A DNA stretch of 56,349 bases from a bacterium (GTDB lineage Bacteria; Patescibacteriota; Minisyncoccia; CAIUEV01): positions 1-56,349 of the forward strand of contig JAJXZR010000001.1 of NCBI GenBank assembly GCA_021779915.1, given 5' to 3'. Of this stretch, positions 45,142-53,359 are shown in pieces (the stretch's first letter is position 1; every line of letters starts with the position of its first letter). The notes beneath the pieces were generated by a model. The model was not told the origin of the DNA, searched no databases, and saw only the letters and a program-made list of their open reading frames with translations. Both the position numbers and the translations under genes were made by a program.

Positions 45142-45417
45142 ATGCCTAACAAATCAGCCGGAAAAAAATATTTAAAAGTTTCCAAGAAAAACAATGCCCG
45201 TAATGTTGCAGTTAAAGATAAGATGAAGAAAGTTGTCAAAAGCATGAAGGAAACTCTGAAAAGCGAGGGAGCGACAAAAAAGGTGGAGGAACTTCTTAAA
45301 GAGGCCACTAAAATTATTGATCGAGCCGCTCAGAAAAAAGTCATCAAGAAAAACACAGCTGCCAGAAAAAAAAGTCGGTTATATAAAAAACTAAAGGCAA
45401 CTAAGGAGAAAAAATAA
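45142..45417 (+). CDS. rpsT: 30S ribosomal protein S20
   Basis: MPN.SA.K......NARN, IDRAAQKKVIKKNTAARKKSRL. Confidence 0.95.
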   Translation: MPNKSAGKKYLKVSKKNNARNVAVKDKMKKVVKSMKETLKSEGATKKVEELLKEATKIIDRAAQKKVIKKNTAARKKSRLYKKLKATKEKK

Positions 45418-45428
45418 GATTTCAAAGC

Positions 45429-45466
45429 ATTTAAAAAGACCCGCTGTCAAAAGGGTCTTTTTAAAT
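45429..45466. terminator. Bidirectional intrinsic terminator
   Basis: atttaaaaagaccc-loop-gggtctttttaaat between convergent rpsT and the phosphoesterase gene. Confidence 0.8.
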
Positions 45467-45495
45467 TTATCCTTTTAAAATTTCAAATTAACTTT

Positions 45496-46425
45496 TTATT
45501 TTCCCACAAAATCGAACTTGTTTAAAAGTTTTCCGTTAGTTTTGTAAGCACGTACAGTAATTTTTTTTCCTTTTACGTCTACCAGCACATAACTGTTTTT
45601 TGTATAATAATAATCGGACATCCCTTTTTTTGGAACTTTGGCGGACGTTGAAGCGTTAGTGTTGCCGACAATGAACTGGTAAACTTCGTTTTTTACTCCA
45701 GGAAGAAGATCGACAGTGATTTTTTTTCTGGTGTAAAGGTGTTCGTGTCCAGAAAAGACTGCCGTGACTTTGTAATCAGAAAGAATATTCCAAAGCTCAT
45801 CTCGTTCAGAAGGATTCTTATCTAAACTTTTACCTACCTTGGAATTTGTGGGCCAGGCTGGCTCGTGAAAAAAAACAAAAACATTCTCTCGCGTGTTATT
45901 GTTTAGATCTTCTTCTAGCCAAGTTCTTTGATCGCTGTCAACATCGTGATCATCAGGATTTTGACTGTTAAGGAAAACAAAGTGGGAATTCCCGTAATTG
46001 AAAGAATAAACCGTTTCATCATAACTGGAAGAGGGACTGTTGCCAGGAAGACTAAAAACTTCCTGCCAAATATCATCTGCAGAGGTATCCGTTCGGTCGT
46101 TGTCTCCCATTGTCAGATAGTATTTGGAAAACTTTGACTTTAGGATATCCTTAAAACTGGTAAATCTGGTCTTGCAAACATCATCACCCCCGCAAGAAGT
46201 GCTCATATCCCCCATAGAAACAATAAACTTTGATTTGGCTGTAGAAATCTTCTTTACCGCTTTTTGTAAGGGGCCATTGGAAATGTCTGGATTAAACTTT
46301 TCGCTGTCCCCCACAATACCAAAAGTAAAATTCGACGTACTTGCACTTGCCCTATTACCCACTTGAAAAAGCAAGAGAGCAAAGCTCAAAAACAAACACC
46401 AAGAAAGTTTGTTTTTTGTTTTCAT
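45496..46425 (-). CDS. Exported calcineurin-like metallophosphoesterase
   Basis: Signal peptide; GDSE, GD, GDND (variant of GNHD), YSF.YGN.HF, Q..WL..DL, HEP, FSGHEH. Confidence 0.88.
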   Translation of the reverse strand: MKTKNKLSWCLFLSFALLLFQVGNRASASTSNFTFGIVGDSEKFNPDISNGPLQKAVKKISTAKSKFIVSMGDMSTSCGGDDVCKTRFTSFKDILKSKFSKYYLTMGDNDRTDTSADDIWQEVFSLPGNSPSSSYDETVYSFNYGNSHFVFLNSQNPDDHDVDSDQRTWLEEDLNNNTRENVFVFFHEPAWPTNSKVGKSLDKNPSERDELWNILSDYKVTAVFSGHEHLYTRKKITVDLLPGVKNEVYQFIVGNTNASTSAKVPKKGMSDYYYTKNSYVLVDVKGKKITVRAYKTNGKLLNKFDFVGK

Positions 46426-46489
46426 TTTTGTTAAATAAATTAAATTAAAATACCAACTTTTTTTAACATTTTTTTATAAAAATTGCATT

Positions 46490-48346
46490 TCACGATTTAT
46501 TTTTACCATCTTTAATCTTTTGATTAAAGGCGTTCAGTTCCTCAAAAAGCCTTTTTAATTCCATTTTATCGCCTTGTTTTTCAGCCGTTTTTATTAAATT
46601 TACTAAAACTCTTTTTTCTTCCTGCAAGTTCTCCTCTAAAAGATTGTCTAGACAATACAAAAGCTCTTTTTTTTGTTCCTCCAGATCATCTTCGTTCGTT
46701 AGTTCCATTTCCTTTTCAATCTTAATGGCAATTTTTGAAGCTTCCAATTCTAAATTACGGCTTTCAAACTTGAAGTCTCCCGATTTTACTTTTTCTAGGG
46801 ATTTGTCATCTAAACCCTTTAAAAATTTTTTCACTTCTTTCCAAATGCTGAAAATTTCGGGACTTTTAAAATAAACATTTTGCATCCTCTCCCTCAGAAC
46901 AAAATAAAGTTTCGGATAATTAAAAATCAGTCCGACTATCCTTTCTTCCAACAAAAATTTTCTCCCTTTTTCTTGGTTTAAGGGGGTATTTTCCGCGCCG
47001 ATATTTTGATTAACTGACTCAACAGTTGATTTTTGTTCTTTTTTCAATTTTTCAAACAGAAAATTTTCCGGGACTTGGACTTCTTCGGAAAGTTTTCTCA
47101 CAAAATGCGATTTTTCCACTTCGGAAGGCACTTTGGCGATCATCTTGATTAGCCGGTCAGCAAGGGATTTCTTTTGGTCAAGGGACAGTATCCTTTTTTT
47201 AAAAGCTAAATCAAAAAAATAGCCTAAAACACTCTTGCTCTTACGTGCTTTTCTTTTCCATTTTTCAGGATCCTCTTTGGCAATATCCGCCACATCTGTT
47301 CCGACCTTAAGGGAAATTACCTTGACGTCCAATTCATCTTCCCAAGCGAGTTCTGCTCCTCTTTTGGTGGCTTTAACTCCGGCCATATCACCGTCAAAAG
47401 CCAAAACTACTCTTTTGGTATATCGGCGCAGGAATTGAAGGTGCTTTTTGGAAAGCGCTGTTCCACAAGTGGCTACAGCCTGATTAACTCCGACTTGATG
47501 GCTTAAAACCACATCCAGATTACCTTCTAAGAGTATTACCTCCCCTTCTTCGCGAATAAAGGGCTTAGCCAAATGAAAACCGTAGAGCAGACTCCCCTTA
47601 TCATAAAGTAACGTTTGGGGAGTATTGACATATTTGCCTTGAGTGGTAGTATCACCGGGAAGAACTCGTGCAGAAAAACCAACCGGTCTTCCTAAACTGT
47701 CAAAGATAGGAAAAATCGCTCGCCCCTTGAAACGATCCATAAACAGCCTAGAATTTCCGCTTTGGTATTGAAAAACACTGCCACTTTCCAATATTTCTTC
47801 TGGGGAAAAACCTTGAGATTTTAAATTATCAAAGAGGGCAGTGGGGAAACCATTATTATTTTTTCGAGGCGAATATCCCAAGCGAAACTGCTTAATCGTT
47901 TCGGGTTTTAAACCGCGTGAAATATAGTAATCATAAGCTTCTTTACCTTCTATTGATTGCAGGGCGTTTTCAAAAAACAAAGTGGTTGATTCTAAAATAC
48001 GAAATAAAATTTCCTTCCTACTTCCCCGACCATCACTTAAGGCGCTAGACCTCATTCCTTGGTATTTACTAGGGTCAAGGCCTGCTTTTTCCGCCAGCAT
48101 TTTAAGCGCTTCTTTGAACTCTAGACCCTCCATCTCTTCGGCAAAAGTAATTATATCTCCTCCCTTAGCGCATCCAAAACAGTGAAAAATTTGTTTTTCC
48201 CGACTTACCATAAAAGAAGGAGTTTTCTCTTTGTGAAAAGGACAAAGACCCCGAAAATTTGATCCAGCTGGAGTAAGTTTCAAGTATCCGGAAATAAATT
48301 CCACAATATCAGTCCGATCTTTTACATCATCCACGAGAGAACGCAT
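46490..48346 (-). CDS. dnaG: DNA primase
   Basis: CPFHKEKTPSF..FHCFGC zinc finger, DRF..R..FPI, KYVNTP, EG.LDV, GTAL, FDGD.AG. Confidence 0.97.
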   Translation of the reverse strand: MRSLVDDVKDRTDIVEFISGYLKLTPAGSNFRGLCPFHKEKTPSFMVSREKQIFHCFGCAKGGDIITFAEEMEGLEFKEALKMLAEKAGLDPSKYQGMRSSALSDGRGSRKEILFRILESTTLFFENALQSIEGKEAYDYYISRGLKPETIKQFRLGYSPRKNNNGFPTALFDNLKSQGFSPEEILESGSVFQYQSGNSRLFMDRFKGRAIFPIFDSLGRPVGFSARVLPGDTTTQGKYVNTPQTLLYDKGSLLYGFHLAKPFIREEGEVILLEGNLDVVLSHQVGVNQAVATCGTALSKKHLQFLRRYTKRVVLAFDGDMAGVKATKRGAELAWEDELDVKVISLKVGTDVADIAKEDPEKWKRKARKSKSVLGYFFDLAFKKRILSLDQKKSLADRLIKMIAKVPSEVEKSHFVRKLSEEVQVPENFLFEKLKKEQKSTVESVNQNIGAENTPLNQEKGRKFLLEERIVGLIFNYPKLYFVLRERMQNVYFKSPEIFSIWKEVKKFLKGLDDKSLEKVKSGDFKFESRNLELEASKIAIKIEKEMELTNEDDLEEQKKELLYCLDNLLEENLQEEKRVLVNLIKTAEKQGDKMELKRLFEELNAFNQKIKDGKNKS

Positions 48347-48418
48347 AAAAATATGTTAAAATAATTTTTAGAATTATACCTTGTAGGAATTGTAGAATAA
48401 ATAAAAAGAAAAGACCAT

Positions 48419-48663
48419 GTGCCATTCCGGGCTTGACCCGGAATCCAGGATAGTAAAACTTAAAATTCCAAGAAACAAGAGACAAATTGCAAACAAATTC
48501 AAGCATCACAAATTCCAAATAAAAAAAATAATGTTTTGAATTTGGAAAATTGTATCTTGTTTGCCTGCCTGCCGGTAGGCGGGTAATTTGTTTCTTGGAA
48601 TTTGGAATTTTGCTAGATTAATTCTATCCTCCTGGATCCCCGGTCGACACGCCGGGGATGACA
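48419..48663. mobile_element. Family B element, copy 4, enclosing a 7-mer (AAATTCC-type) inverted array that itself contains a family E palindrome
   Basis: gtgccattccgggcttgacccggaatccag ... [cctgcctgccggtaggcggg at 48564-48583] ... ctggatccccggtcgacacgccggggatgaca. Confidence 0.83.
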
Positions 48664-48691
48664 TATATTTGAAAATTTTAATTAAATCCCA

Positions 48692-50278
48692 ATGTCTCCT
48701 CAAAACAATCTCCTCAAATCTTCCAAAAACATCCACCTTGTCGGCATCAAAGGCGTCGGTATGACGGCTTTGGCCGAGATATTGAAAAATCAGGGAAAAA
48801 TTATAAGCGGTTCGGACACCCAGGAGAAGTTTTTTACCGATAAGGTTTTAGAAAAGCTCAAAATACCTTTCAAAGAAGGATTTGAGGCTTCTAATTTGTC
48901 CAATAAAACTGATTTAATCATTTATTCCACTGCTTATAATCCGGAAGTTCATCCGGAAATTCAAGCTGGTATCGAACGAGGAATTTCCACTATCACTTAT
49001 CCTGAAGCAGTTGGGCAGTTGTTTAATGAATCCCTGGGAATTGCCGTTTGTGGAACTCACGGTAAAACCACCACCTCGGCTATCTTGGCAACGGCTCTGA
49101 AAAAAATAGGGTTTGACCCAACTGCCTTGATTGGTAGCAATGTTTTAGGATGGGGAAGCAATTCGATCTCAGGGAAAAGCCCGCTCCTCGTTTTGGAGGC
49201 AGATGAACATCAAAACAAACTTCGATTCTATAATCCTTGGGGATTGATTGTCACTAACATCGATTATGACCATCCTGATTTTTATCCAACCAAGGAAGAT
49301 TATTTTTTGAGTTTTAAGAATTTTATTCAAAAATGGAAAGAAAATAAAACAATTCTAACAAAAATACTGATTTTAAACGGGGAAGACGCTAATACTCAAA
49401 AACTAATCACTGGTTTAAAGCTAAAAAATACAGAAAAAGAGCTGATCGGTTTTTTTGGTAAAGACATTCGAGATGAGGAAAATAATAACTCATCGGAAAA
49501 TAATAAAGGTCAAGTTAGTCTTAAAATATCTTTACCTTCTAAAGCACTGCCTTTTGAAAGTCAACCGGATTTGATAATAAATATTAAAACCCCGCTTGTT
49601 GGTGAACATAATCTTTCTAATCTCAGGGCTGCTGCTACTTTTCTGGCTTTTTTTCTGCTTTCTCTTTGGAAAAACAAGAATTATCCCTTACTTTTTCCTC
49701 GAGAAAAAAATCAATTAAAAATCGATCGTTTCAAAACTATTCTCTGGCTAAAAACCGAAATTAAAAATGTGGAGCAGGAAGAGAATTGGCTTAAAGAACT
49801 TTCCGAGTTGATCTCGTCGGGTCTGTCGTCTTTTCAAGGAACCGAAAGACGATTTGAACTAAAAGGAAAAAAGGGTAACGTTTTGGTTTACGATGATTAC
49901 GCCCATCATCCAGCAGAGATTAGAGCTACTTTGTCCGCCGTAAAACAAGCTTTTCCGAATCACGAAATTTTTGTCCTTTTTCATCCCCACACCTTCAGTC
50001 GAACCAAAACTTTTCTTAAAGATTTTGCCAAGTCGCTTGAGATTGCTGACCGAATCGGAATCCTAGAAATTTACGGTTCCGCCCGGGAAGAAAGTGGGGA
50101 AGTCAGCAGTCAAGATATTATCAATCTTATTTCCAAAGACAAAAAAGTGGTTCATTATTTTAAAAATCATAAAGAGGCGTTAGAATTTCTCAATAGTCAA
50201 TCCTTCGATAAACCCACGATTTTTCTAACTATAGGAGCGGGGGATGTTTGGAGAGTGGGAGAGAAATGGCTGGGATAA
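48692..50278 (+). CDS. murC: UDP-N-acetylmuramate--L-alanine ligase
   Basis: HLVGIKGVGM, SGSD, GTHGKTTT, EADE, TNIDYDH, GEHN, RRFE, DDYAHHP.EI, PHTFSRT, GAGD. Confidence 0.92.
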   Translation: MSPQNNLLKSSKNIHLVGIKGVGMTALAEILKNQGKIISGSDTQEKFFTDKVLEKLKIPFKEGFEASNLSNKTDLIIYSTAYNPEVHPEIQAGIERGISTITYPEAVGQLFNESLGIAVCGTHGKTTTSAILATALKKIGFDPTALIGSNVLGWGSNSISGKSPLLVLEADEHQNKLRFYNPWGLIVTNIDYDHPDFYPTKEDYFLSFKNFIQKWKENKTILTKILILNGEDANTQKLITGLKLKNTEKELIGFFGKDIRDEENNNSSENNKGQVSLKISLPSKALPFESQPDLIINIKTPLVGEHNLSNLRAAATFLAFFLLSLWKNKNYPLLFPREKNQLKIDRFKTILWLKTEIKNVEQEENWLKELSELISSGLSSFQGTERRFELKGKKGNVLVYDDYAHHPAEIRATLSAVKQAFPNHEIFVLFHPHTFSRTKTFLKDFAKSLEIADRIGILEIYGSAREESGEVSSQDIINLISKDKKVVHYFKNHKEALEFLNSQSFDKPTIFLTIGAGDVWRVGEKWLG

Positions 50279-50393
50279 TTAAAATTAAAAATGCAAAATT
50301 AAAAATTGTGGAGTGAGCTGTCGCTCACATTTTAATTAATTGTCACTTTTAGCGACACCGAAATTTTGCATTTTGCATTTTTAATTTTGAATT
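50278..50393. repeat. Family C element
   Basis: aaaatgcaaaattaaaaattgtggagtgagctgtcgctcac...gtcacttttagcgacaccgaaattttgcattttgcatttt. Confidence 0.83.
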
Positions 50394-50399
50394 AATATT

Positions 50400-51854
50400 T
50401 TGCTCGCCAAATCCTTCTTTTTTGTTCTAATTAGTGAAATTTTTTTCAATCTTTCTGGTTATATTGTCCACAGTGGGATGGGGCGGATTTTGGGACCGGC
50501 GGGGTATGGTCGTTATGGAGTGGTGATCACGCTTTCTACTATGATTATAATTCTCATCGGAAATGGTATTCCGACGGCGATGGCAAAGTATTTAAGCGAG
50601 ATTTTTGAAAAGAAACCGGGACTAGTGCCAATTATTAAAAGACAAGCGGCGATACTACAAACATTGTTGATTGGCTCAGTTACGGTTTTATTCTATTTTT
50701 TTTCCCCTCTTATTTCTGACGTCCTAGGTGACAGTAGCTTAACGCCCTTATTTCAGATTTCCGCTTTTATTATCCCTTCTTTTGCTCTAGCGTCTTTTTA
50801 TTTTTCCTATTACACGGGAGTCCACAAATTCAAAGTTCAGGCAATCCTCAAAACCAGTCGTTCCATTTTTCGAGTAGTTTTTATTTTAGGGTTAGCCCTG
50901 CTCCTCAAAAGCCGTGGAATGGCTCTCCAAGGCGCTATTCTTGGCTATATTCTTGTTCCTCTTACAATTTTTTTTGAAGCCAGTCATTATAACTCTTACA
51001 AAAAACAAAAACCGGAAGGAAGTTTTAAATGGCAAAAATTATTGAAATACGCTTGGCCGGTCACACTTTTTATGATCGCTTACGAGTTTCTGATTACTAT
51101 TGACCTTTATATGGTAAAAGGTCTTTTGCGCGATGACTATTTAACTGGGATTTACAATGCGACTATTACAGTGGGTCGCATTCCTTATTATCTTTTTTAT
51201 GCTCTTACTATTATTTTGCTCCCCACCGTTTCCAGGTCTACCTCTAACAACAATCACGATGAAACAAAAAAACTGGTCAGCCAGTCACTTAGGTTAATGA
51301 CCATGTTTCTGGTACCTATCTGCATTTTAATGTCAGCATATTCGGCTCCAATCCTACAAATTTTTTATTCTAAGAGATTTCTAGCAGCCACAGAACCAAT
51401 GTCAATTTTTGTTTTTGGAGTAGGATTCTTGACCATTTTTTATGTTCTTACTTTTGTCATAAACGGAGCCGGAAAAGTGAAAGTACCAATGTACATCTCG
51501 TTTTTTGGACTCATCCTCAATATTATCCTCACCTATTTTCTTATCAAAAAATATGCTCTTCTTGGAGCTGTGTGGGGAACTTCTACGACATCTTTGATTG
51601 TCACACTGATTATGCTAGTCTACACTTATAAATTCTTCGGTTATTTATTTGAATTAAAAAGTTTTCTTAAAATTGTATTGGCTGGCTTATTACTTTCCAT
51701 TCCCGCTTTTCTTTTACCAAGGGAATCAATCTTTACGCTACCCATCGGCGCCTTAGAATTTGGATTTTATATTTTGCTCCTTTATTTATTCAAAGAATTT
51801 GGCAGTTTTGAGATTGATTTTTTTATGCGAATGGTTAGGAGGAAGAAGAAGTAA
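50400..51854 (+). CDS. Wzx-like oligosaccharide flippase (MOP superfamily)
   Basis: R.LGPAGYG.Y, GIP.A..KY, ID..MV, G.YNA, LPTVS, GA; many TMs; next to a glycosyltransferase. Confidence 0.88.
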   Translation: MLAKSFFFVLISEIFFNLSGYIVHSGMGRILGPAGYGRYGVVITLSTMIIILIGNGIPTAMAKYLSEIFEKKPGLVPIIKRQAAILQTLLIGSVTVLFYFFSPLISDVLGDSSLTPLFQISAFIIPSFALASFYFSYYTGVHKFKVQAILKTSRSIFRVVFILGLALLLKSRGMALQGAILGYILVPLTIFFEASHYNSYKKQKPEGSFKWQKLLKYAWPVTLFMIAYEFLITIDLYMVKGLLRDDYLTGIYNATITVGRIPYYLFYALTIILLPTVSRSTSNNNHDETKKLVSQSLRLMTMFLVPICILMSAYSAPILQIFYSKRFLAATEPMSIFVFGVGFLTIFYVLTFVINGAGKVKVPMYISFFGLILNIILTYFLIKKYALLGAVWGTSTTSLIVTLIMLVYTYKFFGYLFELKSFLKIVLAGLLLSIPAFLLPRESIFTLPIGALEFGFYILLLYLFKEFGSFEIDFFMRMVRRKKK

Positions 51855-51871
51855 ATAGAACTTTATTTTTA

Positions 51872-52094
51872 TGTCATCCCGGACTTCTTGCCTAACGGTA
51901 GCAAAGAAGCGGGGTCTAGGTTAGTTTCACTAATTATTCTAATTGTTCTAATTATACTAATTGATCTAAAAAACACCAAAAACCAATAAATAAAATTTTT
52001 AAAAAATGGTTCTTGTGAATTTGTTTAGAATAATTAGATTAATTAGAATAATTTAAAAAGTTACTGGATCCCAGCTCGGAGGACGGGATGACAC
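51872..52094. mobile_element. Family B element, copy 5 (degenerate), with a family E insertion and family F cargo
   Basis: tgtcatcccggactt[cttgcctaacggtagcaaag]aagcggggtctag ... ctggatcccagctcggaggacgggatgacac; interior aligns with that of copy 2. Confidence 0.75.
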
Positions 52095-52110
52095 ACTTTT
52101 TTCGATCTAT

Positions 52111-52149
52111 CTTTATAAACTTGATAAACTTTATGAACTTTATGAACTC
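52111..52149. repeat. Family A half element overlapping the probable GT4 start
   Basis: ctttataaacttgataaactttatgaactttatgaact. Confidence 0.75.
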
Positions 52150-53359
52150 ATCTTCGCCCGAAATCCTTCTAATCACCCGCCCGCTCACCCCCCCTTGGGA
52201 CGAGGCTAGCAAGAATTTGGCTTATACAATTGCAAAAAATATTACCGAATATAAATTTCATATTCTGGTAGGGAAGTATGATTCAACTCTTCCCAAACAC
52301 ATTACCCAACATTTGATTTATAAAGGGGCTGATTGGACGGGAATCCAAAAAACCCGTTTAATTTTGTCACTTCCTAAAATTTTAAAAAATAATCCCGGGA
52401 TAAGCATTGCCCATCTACTTTTCGCTCCAACTCCCCTTAACACTCGAGTGCTTGGGACTATTCTAAAAAGATTCGAAGTACAAATCATTCAAAATCTGGC
52501 TTGCCCCCCTCAAAACAAAAAAACCAATCTTAATTTTGCAGACAAAATCATTGTTTATTCCAAATATACCGCAGAGAGGATCAATCAAAAAAACGTCAAT
52601 ATAATTCCGCCTTTCATTGATTTTGAAAAATTTCCGGTTCTAAGTGAAAAGGCAAGAAGTGATTTAAGAAAGAAATGGAGAATTGGAGAGAATGACAAAA
52701 TAATACTTTTTCCGGGAGAATACAGCCGATTAAACGCACTGGGAACGCTTTGGAAAGGATACACAGGATTAATTTCCAATTTCCAATTTCCAACCTTGCC
52801 TACCGGCAGGCAGGTTTCCAAAAAATTTTCAAGTTCCAATGACAAAATTAATTTAAAGCTTTTTATGGCGTGTCGGATTAAGAATAAAAGAGATTTGGTA
52901 TTAGAAAAAAAGTTTAAAAAACTGGTTAATTTAAGTCAATTTAAAGATAATGTGTGGTTTCTGGGTAAAATTGAGAAACCGGAAGAAATGTATCAGATTG
53001 CCGACTTGACTGTCTTCCCAGTTAAAAAAATGGAAGGGAAGTTTGATTTTCCCTTTGTCTTGCTTGAATCCTTAGCTTGCGGAACACCCGTTTTAACCAG
53101 TGCTATTGGGGCGCTTTCTGAGATTTGGAGAGGAGAAAAAGAGTATGGAGAAAAATACGTTTTTGAAAAAGAGGAAGAATTCGTGAGAAAAGCTGGTGAA
53201 ATTTTAGAAGGAGAAAAGAAAAAGGATGATCTATCTAATTTTGTAAAAGAAAAATTTTCTAAGGATAAAATTCTAAGAAACTACAAGGAGATTTATGATT
53301 TAGGAAATATTTTTTATTCTAGTACGAAGAAAAATCTTAAATCTAACCTACCATTGTAG
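52142..53359 (+). CDS. GT4 (GT-B) glycosyltransferase carrying an in-frame repeat-derived insertion
   Basis: ILLITRPL.PPWDE, ADKII..S, IIPP.ID, FLG, ADL.VFP, P.VLLESLACGTPVL.S.IG..SEI; the ORF-track ATG at 52088 lies inside a family B hairpin, so 52142 or 52133 is preferred. Confidence 0.88.
   Translation: MNSSSPEILLITRPLTPPWDEASKNLAYTIAKNITEYKFHILVGKYDSTLPKHITQHLIYKGADWTGIQKTRLILSLPKILKNNPGISIAHLLFAPTPLNTRVLGTILKRFEVQIIQNLACPPQNKKTNLNFADKIIVYSKYTAERINQKNVNIIPPFIDFEKFPVLSEKARSDLRKKWRIGENDKIILFPGEYSRLNALGTLWKGYTGLISNFQFPTLPTGRQVSKKFSSSNDKINLKLFMACRIKNKRDLVLEKKFKKLVNLSQFKDNVWFLGKIEKPEEMYQIADLTVFPVKKMEGKFDFPFVLLESLACGTPVLTSAIGALSEIWRGEKEYGEKYVFEKEEEFVRKAGEILEGEKKKDDLSNFVKEKFSKDKILRNYKEIYDLGNIFYSSTKKNLKSNLPL
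52771..52848 (+). repeat. Intragenic AATTTCC 7-mer array plus family E palindrome (52795-52814)
   Basis: aatttccaatttccaatttccaac[cttgcctaccggcaggcagg]tttccaaaaaattttcaagttccaatgacaaaa, translated as ISNFQFPTLPTGRQVSKKFSSSNDK. Confidence 0.85.

Noticed and set aside
48327-48736. Two minus-strand ORFs (63 and 76 aa)
   Set aside because: They are translations of the nested B/7-mer/E repeats and overlap dnaG or murC
52088-52141. N-terminal extension of the GT4 in the ORF track
   Set aside because: The ATG lies within the GGGATGACAC repeat end and the extension is repeat-derived
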